A stretch of DNA of 64,000 bases. Source: an uncultured Alphaproteobacteria bacterium. GTDB taxonomy: Bacteria; Pseudomonadota; Alphaproteobacteria; HIMB59. Below, piece after piece: positions 31,184-40,538 of the stretch. The stretch spans positions 3,920 through 67,919 of the forward strand of contig CAWUWX010000002.1 in assembly GCA_963926395.1 (NCBI GenBank), written 5' to 3'. The notes beneath the pieces are model-generated. The model was not told where the DNA came from. It saw nothing but the letters and a program-made list of their open reading frames with translations, and did not search any database. Each line of letters opens with the position of its first letter. Position 1 is the stretch's first letter. The position numbers and the translations under genes are program-made.

Positions 31184-31978
31184 ATGTCATTAGTACCTCC
31201 TATTATTACCGTTATGGAAAAAGCATGTAAAAATGCATCTAAATCTCTTATAAGAGATTTTGGAGAACTTGAAAAATTGCAAATATCTAAAAAAGATATG
31301 AATGACTTTGTGTCTTCAGCTGATATTAAGGCTTCGAAATCTATTGCGTACAGTCTCAGTAAAGATAAGCCTGATTTTTTACAAATAGACGAAGAGACAT
31401 ATCAATCTTCTGATATTGAAAAATTAAATCAAGATAAACCCCTATTTATAATCGATCCTTTGGACGGGACTTTAAATTTTATGCACGGTATTCCCTTTTT
31501 TGCTGTTTCTATTGGACTCGTAGTCAGAAAAGAAATTATAGCTGGGGCTATTTATAATCCTATATTGAATGAATTTTTTTGGGCACACAAAGGAAGTGGT
31601 GCCTGGTTAAATGGAACGAGAATTAGAGTTTCAAATCGAAGGCATTTAGAAGATTGTATGATTGCAACTGGTTTCCAAATAAAACATCAAGATTCTCTGC
31701 CTAGTTACTTTAAAGAACTCCAGGTCATCGGCTCTAAAACAGGCATTCGAAGACTTGGTTCAGCAGCTATGGATTTAGCATATGTAGCTAATGGTAAATT
31801 TGATGGATTTTGGGAGCATAATCTTAAAATTTGGGATATTGCCGCTGGAATCATTTTAGTTAAAGAAGCGGGAGGCGTAGTATTGAATGAAAAAGGTAAA
31901 AATTTTGATTTATCAACTGATTTATCCCTAATTGCAACTAATCCTAGCATTTATGAAGAATTAATTAAAAATTTATAA
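31184..31978 (+). CDS. suhB: Inositol monophosphatase SuhB
   Basis: [25 protein letters not shown]. Confidence 0.93.
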   Translation: MSLVPPIITVMEKACKNASKSLIRDFGELEKLQISKKDMNDFVSSADIKASKSIAYSLSKDKPDFLQIDEETYQSSDIEKLNQDKPLFIIDPLDGTLNFMHGIPFFAVSIGLVVRKEIIAGAIYNPILNEFFWAHKGSGAWLNGTRIRVSNRRHLEDCMIATGFQIKHQDSLPSYFKELQVIGSKTGIRRLGSAAMDLAYVANGKFDGFWEHNLKIWDIAAGIILVKEAGGVVLNEKGKNFDLSTDLSLIATNPSIYEELIKNL

Positions 31979-31986
31979 CTATTTAC

Positions 31987-32015
31987 TTGATTTTTTCTCT
32001 CTAGATATCTATTTT
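31987..32015 (+). promoter_or_regulatory. Putative sigma70 promoter of rpmE
   Basis: TTGATT-17 nt-TATTTT, 9 nt before the rpmE ATG. Confidence 0.45.
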
Positions 32016-32024
32016 CCTTACACT

Positions 32025-32246
32025 ATGAAAGAAAAATTACATCCTGACTATCACGAAATTATAGTTCAAAGAACTGACGGTTCTACCTATCAAACCCGTT
32101 CTACCTGGGGTAAAGCTGGAGATACAATGAAACTTGAAATTGACCCTCTTTCTCATCCTGTTTGGAATAAAGGTTCAGGAAAGATGATTGATGCAGGCGG
32201 AAGAGTTGCTCGTTTTGAGAAAAAATATAAATCTTTTAAGATTTAA
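32025..32246 (+). CDS. rpmE: 50S ribosomal protein L31 (Cys-free type)
   Basis: MK..LHPDY, TDGS.Y.TRST, LEID..SHP.W, GRVARF. Confidence 0.95.
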   Translation: MKEKLHPDYHEIIVQRTDGSTYQTRSTWGKAGDTMKLEIDPLSHPVWNKGSGKMIDAGGRVARFEKKYKSFKI

Positions 32247-32258
32247 TAATAAAAAATA

Positions 32259-32837
32259 ATGGAAAATAAACCTTTAATGCCTCTTGCAACAGCTGTATGG
32301 CTAGTTGACAATACATCTATAAGCTTCTCTCAGATTTCTAAATTTTGCCAACTTCATGAATTAGAAGTTCAAAGCATAGCTGACGGTGAAGAAGCCTATA
32401 ATATGAAAGGGTTAAACCCAATAGCAAGTGGTCAACTTACAAAAGATGAAATTAAAAGATGTGAAGATGATGAGAATGCAGAATTAACTCTCCAAACTCA
32501 CAAAAGTCAAAATGTTCACATCAGATCTAATGCAAAAAAATATCTTCCTTTATCAGTTAGATCTGAACGTCCAAAAGCCATCGCTTGGCTTGTCAGAGAA
32601 TACGGAAAAATTTTAACAGATATCCAAATAGCTAAATTGACTAGCTCAACAAAACCTACAGTTGCTAATATACGCGCGGGAAATCAAGCCGTACCTATTA
32701 CAGAATTTAGAAATCCTACTGATCTTGGATTATGTAATTACGAAGAATTAGAAAAAATGGTTGATAAAGGTCAAAGAAAAGTTGAACGAGAGCAAAAGGC
32801 TAAAGAAAAAGCAAAAACTACTATTCCTTCTTTGTAA
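32259..32837 (+). CDS. trcR: DUF1013 / TrcR-like cell-cycle transcription factor
   Basis: PLMP.ATAVWLVDNT, FC.LHELEV..IADG, P.DLGLC. Confidence 0.85.
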   Translation: MENKPLMPLATAVWLVDNTSISFSQISKFCQLHELEVQSIADGEEAYNMKGLNPIASGQLTKDEIKRCEDDENAELTLQTHKSQNVHIRSNAKKYLPLSVRSERPKAIAWLVREYGKILTDIQIAKLTSSTKPTVANIRAGNQAVPITEFRNPTDLGLCNYEELEKMVDKGQRKVEREQKAKEKAKTTIPSL

Positions 32838-33375
32838 AAAATAAATATACGTCTCCTAATCTAATGCCGAATTTTTTCATAGCAGCTTTATTAAATACCC
32901 TATTTTCATCCTGCATAATTAGCCAATCGTCAAACTGAACATTCATAAAACCATCTTTATATTTTAACTTGAGTGTGTAATGCCAATTAACAGCATTACC
33001 CGACCTTTCACCTGTTGCAAATCCTTTGATATCAGACGATTCACCTCTATAAGTTGTCTCAGAAGTTTTAGATATTATCCATTTACGAAATTCCTCTTCA
33101 CCATCATCATATAAAAAAGTTTCATTTAATATAAAGTTATCACCATCTTGGATACCCTCCATATCAACTGTAAACTGTCTTTTAACTTTTCCAAATCTGT
33201 CAATAAATAAGCCTGATGCTGATGTTTTCCCTAAAAAATATTCTTCAATTTTAAATACAGGTACATTATTTTCGAAGTCATTTAATTTCATATTGCTACA
33301 TCCTATCAAAATCAAAAAAGAAAAAAAAAGAATAATCTTTTTAAAAATTTTCATAACATATATACGACTAAACAT
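32821..33375 (-). CDS. DUF3833 lipoprotein
   Basis: Lipobox LIGC, EEYFLG...A.G...DRFG...R.F, FDDW, KFG. Confidence 0.85.
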   Translation of the reverse strand: MFSRIYVMKIFKKIILFFSFLILIGCSNMKLNDFENNVPVFKIEEYFLGKTSASGLFIDRFGKVKRQFTVDMEGIQDGDNFILNETFLYDDGEEEFRKWIISKTSETTYRGESSDIKGFATGERSGNAVNWHYTLKLKYKDGFMNVQFDDWLIMQDENRVFNKAAMKKFGIRLGDVYLFFTKKE

Positions 33376-33385
33376 AATTTTAGAT

Positions 33386-34564
33386 CTACGATTTCGTAAA
33401 ATCTATTTGACAAACATCGATTGTTTTAGCTTTAAAACCACCATAACAGTATGAAAGGTAAAAATTCCAAGTTCTTTTGAACTCGTCATTAAAACCAAGT
33501 TTTTTGAGCTTATTCCACTTTTCATTAAAGTTATCACTCCAAATCAAAAGAGTTTTTGAATAACTATCTGCCATTTTTCTATTTAATTTGAATTTAAAAT
33601 TTAAATTTTTAGCAATTTTATCTAATTCATGAATTGAAGGCAACATTCCGCCAGGAAAAATATATTTTTGAATAAAATCAATTTTGTTAATATATTTATT
33701 AAAATATTTATTATCAATAACAATGGTTTGCATTGAAAAAATTCCTTTAGGCATCAATAAATCACGAATTTTTAAAAAATAATCATTCCAAAACTCCATT
33801 CCTACAGCTTCAAACATTTCAATTGAGTAAACTCTATTATATTGACCTAAATGCTCTCTATAATCCTTATAGATAACATTTAAATTACTTTCATAACCAA
33901 GTGATTTTGATTTTTCAGAAACATAATCAAATTGTTTTTTAGAAATTGTCAAAGTATCTACTTTGATATCTGGAAATTTATTTAATAAGTAAAAAGCAAA
34001 GCTTCCCCAACCTGAACCAATTTCTAATATTCTATCTCCAGACAGTGGAATATTATTGCTAATAAGACTTTCGAACTTTTTAATTTGAGCTTCAGTTAAA
34101 GTTTCATCTCCATTTTTAAAAAAACCTGAGGAATAAGTTAAGGTGGCATCTAACCAAGTTGTATAAAATTGATTACCCAAATCATAATGAGAGTGAATAT
34201 TCTTCTTACTTTGTTTGATTGAATTTTTAGTTTTATACTGATGAGACTTTGAAATTAAACGATAAAGAAAAGATCCATCCATTTGCTCGTCAAAAGCTGA
34301 GCCATTTAGAGCACCAAACTCTAGGAATTCACTTAAGTTATTTACCTTAAATTTCTTTTTAATATAAGCATCCCCTAGTCCCACTGAACCCCTAAGATAT
34401 AAGTCCCATAACATGGATGTTTTAAGAATTTTCATTTCTATATTAGGTCCTTTATATTGACCTTGAAAAGAATAGTTTTTATTTCTAAAATTTAATTGAA
34501 AAGAGCCAAATTCAATTTTTGAACATAATGTATTAACATAATTATCGATGAATTTGGTAATCAT
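33386..34564 (-). CDS. cfa: Cyclopropane-fatty-acyl-phospholipid synthase family methyltransferase (UfaM-like)
   Basis: HYDLGNQFY, TYSS, LEIGSGWG, SIEMFEAVG, YIFPGGMLP, YL.YC..GF. Confidence 0.93.
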   Translation of the reverse strand: MITKFIDNYVNTLCSKIEFGSFQLNFRNKNYSFQGQYKGPNIEMKILKTSMLWDLYLRGSVGLGDAYIKKKFKVNNLSEFLEFGALNGSAFDEQMDGSFLYRLISKSHQYKTKNSIKQSKKNIHSHYDLGNQFYTTWLDATLTYSSGFFKNGDETLTEAQIKKFESLISNNIPLSGDRILEIGSGWGSFAFYLLNKFPDIKVDTLTISKKQFDYVSEKSKSLGYESNLNVIYKDYREHLGQYNRVYSIEMFEAVGMEFWNDYFLKIRDLLMPKGIFSMQTIVIDNKYFNKYINKIDFIQKYIFPGGMLPSIHELDKIAKNLNFKFKLNRKMADSYSKTLLIWSDNFNEKWNKLKKLGFNDEFKRTWNFYLSYCYGGFKAKTIDVCQIDFTKS

Positions 34565-34568
34565 ATTC

Positions 34569-35321
34569 TTACTTTACGTTAACTTTTTTATTTAGATTTT
34601 TAGAATGACTGAAAAATTTGGATTTTTTGAAAAAGAGTTTCATTGCTTGGTAATGTATCAGCAAAATCACTTTAAATGTGGAAAAAATGTTTTTCAAAAA
34701 AAAATTTAGCAAATTATAATTGAGTATTGATTTTAATTGGATATCAAGAGATGCAAAAAAAATGTTTTTATTATTTATGTCGAATTGTTGAATATTACAA
34801 ATGAAATGATTTTTATTATCAGTTTTTAAAGAAATTTCATAGTGACTCTCCATTTCAATAAATGGAGAAACATACATATTTTTTTGAAATTTTTTATTAT
34901 TAAAATTATTGATATCCAAATAATGTATTTGATCGCCGTGAGTATTTTTAACCTCATAGATTACTGCCATTAACTTTTGCTCATCATTTAAGTATAAATA
35001 AAAACTAATAGGGTTAAACGCATAACCTATAATTCTAGGTATGCTAAGAAACATTATGGAGTTAAATTTAATTGAGTGTTTTATCGCCATATCTTCAGAA
35101 AATTCAAGAATGGACTTATCTTTTTCTCTGAAACCATGATTTTTATTAGATATTGAAAAAATATTAAATTTATTCATAGAAAAAATTTTATTATGAATAG
35201 GAAGTTCTTTTAAATTTAAGAGAAGGTATGGGGCGTTATATGAAAAATAATTTTTGGTGTCTTTATTTCTTGCGTGGACAATTTTTCCAATACCACAAGA
35301 ATTAAATTTTGTTATTTCCAT
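34569..35321 (-). CDS. DUF1365 protein (UfaO-like)
   Basis: H.R, PR..GYAFNPISFY, YEVKNT.G, K..YVSPF, IHYQA.KL. Confidence 0.9.
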   Translation of the reverse strand: MEITKFNSCGIGKIVHARNKDTKNYFSYNAPYLLLNLKELPIHNKIFSMNKFNIFSISNKNHGFREKDKSILEFSEDMAIKHSIKFNSIMFLSIPRIIGYAFNPISFYLYLNDEQKLMAVIYEVKNTHGDQIHYLDINNFNNKKFQKNMYVSPFIEMESHYEISLKTDNKNHFICNIQQFDINNKNIFFASLDIQLKSILNYNLLNFFLKNIFSTFKVILLIHYQAMKLFFKKSKFFSHSKNLNKKVNVK

Positions 35322-36586
35322 AATACTCTTGATGTATCAGGATTCATAAAATTTTGATTAAATTTAATATGTATTTTTTGGCATACTTTAATAGCTGACT
35401 GAATTCCATCTTCATGAAATCCGTAACCCAAATAGCTACCAACATAATAGCAATTATTCATTCCCTGAATATTTCCTATATTTTTTTGTGCTGTGTTGCT
35501 CTGGTTAGATGTTACAGGATGATCATAATACGTCTGATAAGAGATATTGTCTTTAAAGTTTTGATTTAAGGAAACAAAAATATTTTGGTTAGTTTTAAGT
35601 TCTTGGAGTTTATTCATCCAGTATGTTAGTGAGAATTTTTTATTTATATCTGTATAGAAATTCCAACTTGACCAAGTTCCTTTATGCTTAGGCATTGTGG
35701 AACTATTTTGATGAAGCTGTATATGGTTTTTTTGGAATTTAAACTTAGAGAGTATTTCTCTTTCCTCATCAGACCATGAGGATATTAATTTAAGAAATTG
35801 ATTGGGGGGTGCTGCAAAGACTATTTTATCGAAATGATTGGAAGAGCCATTACTAAAGATATCTACACCTTTTTCATGAATGATGATTTTTTCAATTTTA
35901 GCTAATAAATTAATATTCATTTTTGTATTAGCTATTATTTTTTTAATATAATTCCTTGACCCTCCTTTAACAGTTTTCCATTGAGGCCTATCTATAAAAT
36001 TAAATAATTTATGATTTTGAAAAAAAGATACGATGCTTGATAAAGGCTGTTTCATTGATAGTTCGTCAGGAGTTGACCAGATACTGGATATGAGGGGCAA
36101 TAAATGAAAATCCATAAAAGCTTTAGAGTAATTGTTCTGTATGCAGTAATCCTCTAAAGTAATATTTGGAATAGGTGATTTTTTTTGAAATTTTTTATAA
36201 AATCTAATTATATCTTTAATCATTATATAAAAAGAAGGTTTTATTAAATTTGATTTATCGCTTATTAGTGAAGATAAAGTACCTCCACCATACTCAAATG
36301 ATTGACTGGGATTATAAAAGCTAAATGACATATCACTATTAATAGTCTCAACTTCCAATTCATCGAATAATTTAATTAAATTAGGATAAGTATGACTATT
36401 GAAAACTATAAAACCTGTATCTACAGGAATATGAGCTTCATCCAATTTAACCGTTCTAGTATTAGCATGACCTCCAATGTAGTCATTTTTTTCAAATAAT
36501 GTGATGTCATACTGGTGCTGCGCAAAATAAGCTGTACTTAAACCAGCTATTCCAGATCCTATAATTGCAATTTTTTCTTTCATCAA
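35312..36586 (-). CDS. FAD-dependent oxidoreductase (UfaD-like desaturase)
   Basis: IIGSGIAGL, GGHANT, VDTGFIVFN..TYPN, SDMSFS, WSSWN, GFHEDG. Confidence 0.9.
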   Translation of the reverse strand: MMKEKIAIIGSGIAGLSTAYFAQHQYDITLFEKNDYIGGHANTRTVKLDEAHIPVDTGFIVFNSHTYPNLIKLFDELEVETINSDMSFSFYNPSQSFEYGGGTLSSLISDKSNLIKPSFYIMIKDIIRFYKKFQKKSPIPNITLEDYCIQNNYSKAFMDFHLLPLISSIWSTPDELSMKQPLSSIVSFFQNHKLFNFIDRPQWKTVKGGSRNYIKKIIANTKMNINLLAKIEKIIIHEKGVDIFSNGSSNHFDKIVFAAPPNQFLKLISSWSDEEREILSKFKFQKNHIQLHQNSSTMPKHKGTWSSWNFYTDINKKFSLTYWMNKLQELKTNQNIFVSLNQNFKDNISYQTYYDHPVTSNQSNTAQKNIGNIQGMNNCYYVGSYLGYGFHEDGIQSAIKVCQKIHIKFNQNFMNPDTSRVLWK

Positions 36587-38005
36587 TTACTTAATTTTAG
36601 AATTAATTTTTTTAAAAGCATCTAATGCTTCATTTCTAGATATGCTCAATTCAACAATTGGTAATTGATATTTTTTTTCATGAATAAGCTTATCTAAAAA
36701 TTCAGGATTGAGCCAAGGTTGGAAAATATTTTTAGCTTTATTGAAAATCTTTAATTGAGGTAAAAATTTAAGAATGAATATTGCTTCCGGATCAAATTTT
36801 TCACTTTGAAGTATGGGGTTAAATATCCTGAAATATGGAGCTGCATCTGCGCCACAACCAGTTACCCACTGCCATCCGGCAGGATTGCTAGCCTCATCAT
36901 AGTCTAGTAAGCAATCTTGAAAATATCTTTCACCCTCATGCCAATGAATTCGCAAATTTTTTACTAGAAAGCTTCCCACTATCATTCTTAAACGGTTATG
37001 CATCCAACCCTCTTCATAAAGTTGCAACATTGCTGCATCGATAATAGGAAAACCTGTTTGTCCCTTTCTCCAAGCTTGAAATTGTTTTTGATTTTTAGCC
37101 CAAGGAAATTTTGTAAATTTTTTATTAATAGGCTGAGTTTTTAAATCTTCGGCATAAAATAATAGAGTATATGCAAATTCTCTCCAACCAATTTCAGATA
37201 AGTAATGAGATACTGAATCATTATTAGTTTTCATTTTTTTAATCTTTTCGACAATAACTCTTGGGGAAATTTCACCAAACTTAAGATGAGGAGATATTCT
37301 GGAAGTTTGATCAATGTCTGGCCTATCTCTGTTAACCTTATATTGATTAATATTTTCAATTAAATATTGATCAATTTTTTTTAAAGCACTTTTTTCTCCA
37401 GGAACCCAGTATTGTTCAAACTTCTCATACCACTTCTTAGATGGGAGAAAATTAAATTCCTTGAATTTTTCCTGATGATTCAGAGGGATGATTTTTTTGA
37501 TTTGAGGATAGGTATAATTTTTCTCAAGAAAAAAAGGATAAGAATTTTTCCAATAAGGTGTAAATACTTTAAAATATTCTCCTGAGTTATTTTTTATTTC
37601 CCAGGGCTCATTTAAAAGATGGGAGTTGAAACTCGTAACAATAATTTCTTTTTGCTCTAATTTTTTTTTAATAGATGAATCTCTAAGAATTGTTTGTTTG
37701 GAATAAAGTCTATTCCAGATTACTTCTTTGATTTGATATTTTTCAATAAATTGATCTAAAATTTTAAAGGCGTTACCTTCTAGAATAATGAGATCTAAAT
37801 TAAACTTTTGTTTATAATCACTTTTTAATTTTTCTAAGGTTTTTTGTAACCACCAAAGTGAGGCCTTTCCCAATGAATCTTTTTCAATAGAGTCAAGAAT
37901 GTAAATGGCTATTACGGGGAGATTATTTTCTTGTAAATGAGCTAGACTCGGATTGTCGACTATCCTTAAATCTCTTCTTAACCAATATAAAGTGTTATGT
38001 GCGAT
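36587..38005 (-). CDS. phrB: Deoxyribodipyrimidine photolyase / cryptochrome family (start extended to ATC at 38005)
   Basis: TS.ISPHL.FGEISPR, WREF, TGFPIIDAAM, GWMHNRLRM, GWQW..GCGADAAPYFRIFNP; YWLRRDLR..DNP lies upstream of the track start, in frame. Confidence 0.92.
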   Translation of the reverse strand: MAHNTLYWLRRDLRIVDNPSLAHLQENNLPVIAIYILDSIEKDSLGKASLWWLQKTLEKLKSDYKQKFNLDLIILEGNAFKILDQFIEKYQIKEVIWNRLYSKQTILRDSSIKKKLEQKEIIVTSFNSHLLNEPWEIKNNSGEYFKVFTPYWKNSYPFFLEKNYTYPQIKKIIPLNHQEKFKEFNFLPSKKWYEKFEQYWVPGEKSALKKIDQYLIENINQYKVNRDRPDIDQTSRISPHLKFGEISPRVIVEKIKKMKTNNDSVSHYLSEIGWREFAYTLLFYAEDLKTQPINKKFTKFPWAKNQKQFQAWRKGQTGFPIIDAAMLQLYEEGWMHNRLRMIVGSFLVKNLRIHWHEGERYFQDCLLDYDEASNPAGWQWVTGCGADAAPYFRIFNPILQSEKFDPEAIFILKFLPQLKIFNKAKNIFQPWLNPEFLDKLIHEKKYQLPIVELSISRNEALDAFKKINSKIK

Positions 38006-38023
38006 AGGACTAATATAGTTAAA

Positions 38024-38218
38024 TTATTTACTATGAGGAGGCATTTTTTTTTCAACAAACCAAACATGCTTCTTAAGAACAGGATCATATTTTTTTTGTC
38101 TTAATTTTTCTGCTACTTTTAAGCCTTTAGTAGGTTTTCTTACAATATATTTTGTACCTGTTTCAGGTTTTTCCTCAGGTAATAACTGCTTTAATTGATA
38201 TGTAGACTTTTTTGCCAT
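38024..38218 (-). CDS. rpmG: 50S ribosomal protein L33 (Cys-free, extended)
   Basis: MAKK, TG..Y...K, KL...KYDP...KHV.F.EKK. Confidence 0.9.
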   Translation of the reverse strand: MAKKSTYQLKQLLPEEKPETGTKYIVRKPTKGLKVAEKLRQKKYDPVLKKHVWFVEKKMPPHSK

Positions 38219-38268
38219 GGGCGTAAAATAAACTAATTTATTATGAGGTCAAGTTTGATTTAAAGAAA

Positions 38269-39138
38269 TTACTGGTCTAATAATCTCTTCCAATGCTCTC
38301 TTTTATCAGTTAAAGACCTTATTTTTTTAGCGTTCAACTTGTCATAGCATCTATGACAACTAAAACCTTCTTTATAATAAGGAGACTTAGTGTCGTCAGA
38401 ATTTAATGGCATATTACAACCGTGACAGAGGATACTACTTCCAGGTTGCAGATTTTTATTTAAAGCTACTCTGTAATCAAAAACAAAACATTCTCCATTC
38501 CAATTTTTAGCCGAAGATACTTCTAGATATTTTAAGATACCTCCTTTTAATTGATAAGTGTCAATTCCATTTTTTTGCATTAAAGGTCCTGCCTTTTCAC
38601 ATCGAATACCTCCCGTACAATAAATTGCAACTTTTTTGTTCTTTAATGATTCTTTATTATCCTCTATATACTTTTTAAAATCTCTAAAAGTTGCAATATT
38701 AGGATCAAGAGCATTTTGAAAATGACCTAATCTATACTCATAATCATTTCTCGTATCAATAATACAAACATCTTCTTGTTTGATGAATTCATCCCATTTT
38801 TCTGGCTCAATAAATTGACCATTGTTAATTTCATCAATTGTTAAATTAAAATCAGAAGTGACAATTTCTTTTTTAACTTTAATGGCAAAAGAATTAAATA
38901 TTTTTTTTCCATCAAAATTTGAAACTTTTATATATTTTTCATTTACTCCTAACTCAATCAAAAAATCTTTCATCAACGTTTCGCTCTCTTTGGGGATTGC
39001 AATCGTTCCGTTAATACCTTCAGAACTTAAAAGAATAGTTCCTTTAATCGAAATATTTGAAATAAAATTTTTTATTTTACTCTCTACTGCAAGAGGGTCT
39101 ATTAACTCAAAAAAACTATAAAAAGCTAAAACCTTCAT
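38269..39138 (-). CDS. trhO: Rhodanese-domain tRNA uridine(34) hydroxylase
   Basis: EGINGT, K.K.EIV, DTRNDYE, YCTGGIRCEKA, L.GGILKY, CFVFD.R. Confidence 0.92.
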   Translation of the reverse strand: MKVLAFYSFFELIDPLAVESKIKNFISNISIKGTILLSSEGINGTIAIPKESETLMKDFLIELGVNEKYIKVSNFDGKKIFNSFAIKVKKEIVTSDFNLTIDEINNGQFIEPEKWDEFIKQEDVCIIDTRNDYEYRLGHFQNALDPNIATFRDFKKYIEDNKESLKNKKVAIYCTGGIRCEKAGPLMQKNGIDTYQLKGGILKYLEVSSAKNWNGECFVFDYRVALNKNLQPGSSILCHGCNMPLNSDDTKSPYYKEGFSCHRCYDKLNAKKIRSLTDKREHWKRLLDQ

Positions 39139-39190
39139 ATAGTTGTGTATTGTACTGAAAAAAAATTCTTATCAAATATTGTTTTGGGGT

Positions 39191-40462
39191 TTACGAGAGG
39201 TTTTTTTGAGCTTCTTTTTGCTCTAAAACCATTGAAAGTCTTGGCATAAACTTAAACCAAGCATCTTTTAAAGCTTCTACGAAATTTTGAGTTACCTCTT
39301 TTGAGTGACATGGAGTAGGTGTAATTCTTAATCTTTCAGTTCCTTTTGGAACTGTTGGAAAATTAATAGGCTGGACGTAAACATTATGTACATCTAAAAG
39401 ATAATCACTAATTTCCTTACAAAGCCTACTATCGCCAACAATGACAGGCACTATATGAGATCCTGAATCTAAAAATGGAATACCTACTTTAGAAAGTTCA
39501 TTTTTTACAAAGTTAACGTTTTCAAAAAACTCAGCTCTTAGCTCTGGTTTCTTCTGAACCTGTCTCATACTTTCTAGACTTCCAGCAGCTACTGCCGGAC
39601 ACATAGAGGTAGTAAAAATAAAACCCTTAGAAAAACTCCTTACGTAATCTATTATAATTTCAGTCGAAGCGATATAACCTCCAGCTAAGCCAAAAGCTTT
39701 TGCTAAAGTTCCATTTATTACATCAATGTGCTGCGCTATCCCTTTAGACTCTGCAACGCCTCCCCCATTAGGACCATAAAGACCTACGGCATGAACTTCA
39801 TCAAGATATATAAGAGCTCCATTCTCTTGAGCTATCTCAACAATATCTTCAAGTGGCGCAAAATCAGATTCCATCGAATAAACAGATTCAAGAACAATCA
39901 CCTTAGGTCTTTCAAAGGATACTCCCTTAAGCACACTTTTTAAATGACTTACATCATTATGTTTAAAGATAGCTTTCTCTTTTTTGCTCGATCGAATTCC
40001 TTCGATTAGTGAAGCATGATTTAACTCATCACTAAGAACTAAGCAGTTATCAAATGCAGAAATAATTGATTTTAAAGCAGATTCATTGGCGCTATAACCA
40101 GAATTAAAAGCAAGACCTCTTTCTTTTTGATGAAGTTTTGCAATTTCTTCTTCTAAGAGGATGTGATTCTGGGTTGTTCCGGATATATTTCTCGTTCCGC
40201 CGCTTCCAGCTCCAAGTTTTTCTGCGGCCTTAACCATTGCTTGAATAACATCAGGATTTTGACTCATACCTAAATAATCATTCGAGCACCAAACATCAAT
40301 TTCATGCATTTCACCATTATGATGTCTTGTTGCTTTAGGAAAATTTCCTGCCTTACGCTCAATACTATTGAAAGTTCTATAATGACCTTCTTCTTTAATT
40401 TTATCGATTTCAGTCTGAAATTTATTTAAGTAGCTGGATTTCCAGTTATGATCTTTCACCAT
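39191..40462 (-). CDS. hemA: 5-aminolevulinate synthase (C4 pathway)
   Basis: WCSNDYLGM, GSGGTRNISG, DEVHAVGLYG, GTLAKAFG, VQPINFPTV. Confidence 0.96.
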   Translation of the reverse strand: MVKDHNWKSSYLNKFQTEIDKIKEEGHYRTFNSIERKAGNFPKATRHHNGEMHEIDVWCSNDYLGMSQNPDVIQAMVKAAEKLGAGSGGTRNISGTTQNHILLEEEIAKLHQKERGLAFNSGYSANESALKSIISAFDNCLVLSDELNHASLIEGIRSSKKEKAIFKHNDVSHLKSVLKGVSFERPKVIVLESVYSMESDFAPLEDIVEIAQENGALIYLDEVHAVGLYGPNGGGVAESKGIAQHIDVINGTLAKAFGLAGGYIASTEIIIDYVRSFSKGFIFTTSMCPAVAAGSLESMRQVQKKPELRAEFFENVNFVKNELSKVGIPFLDSGSHIVPVIVGDSRLCKEISDYLLDVHNVYVQPINFPTVPKGTERLRITPTPCHSKEVTQNFVEALKDAWFKFMPRLSMVLEQKEAQKNLS

Positions 40463-40499
40463 TACAATTTAATACTCATTTTTATAATTTAAATAGCAT

Positions 40500-40516
40500 T
40501 TTAGACGCATTCCTAA
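40500..40516. promoter_or_regulatory. Putative Irr box (iron control element) upstream of hemA
   Basis: TTTAGACGCATTCCTAA matches 14/17 positions of TTTRGAAYNRTTCYAAA, about 40 bp upstream of the hemA ATG. Confidence 0.5.
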
Positions 40517-40538
40517 GTTTTTTGTAGTTACTTTCAAA

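Noticed and set aside
25363-31950. Short antisense ORFs within ymdB, tkt, gap and suhB
   Set aside because: Fully nested opposite well-supported genes, no independent signal
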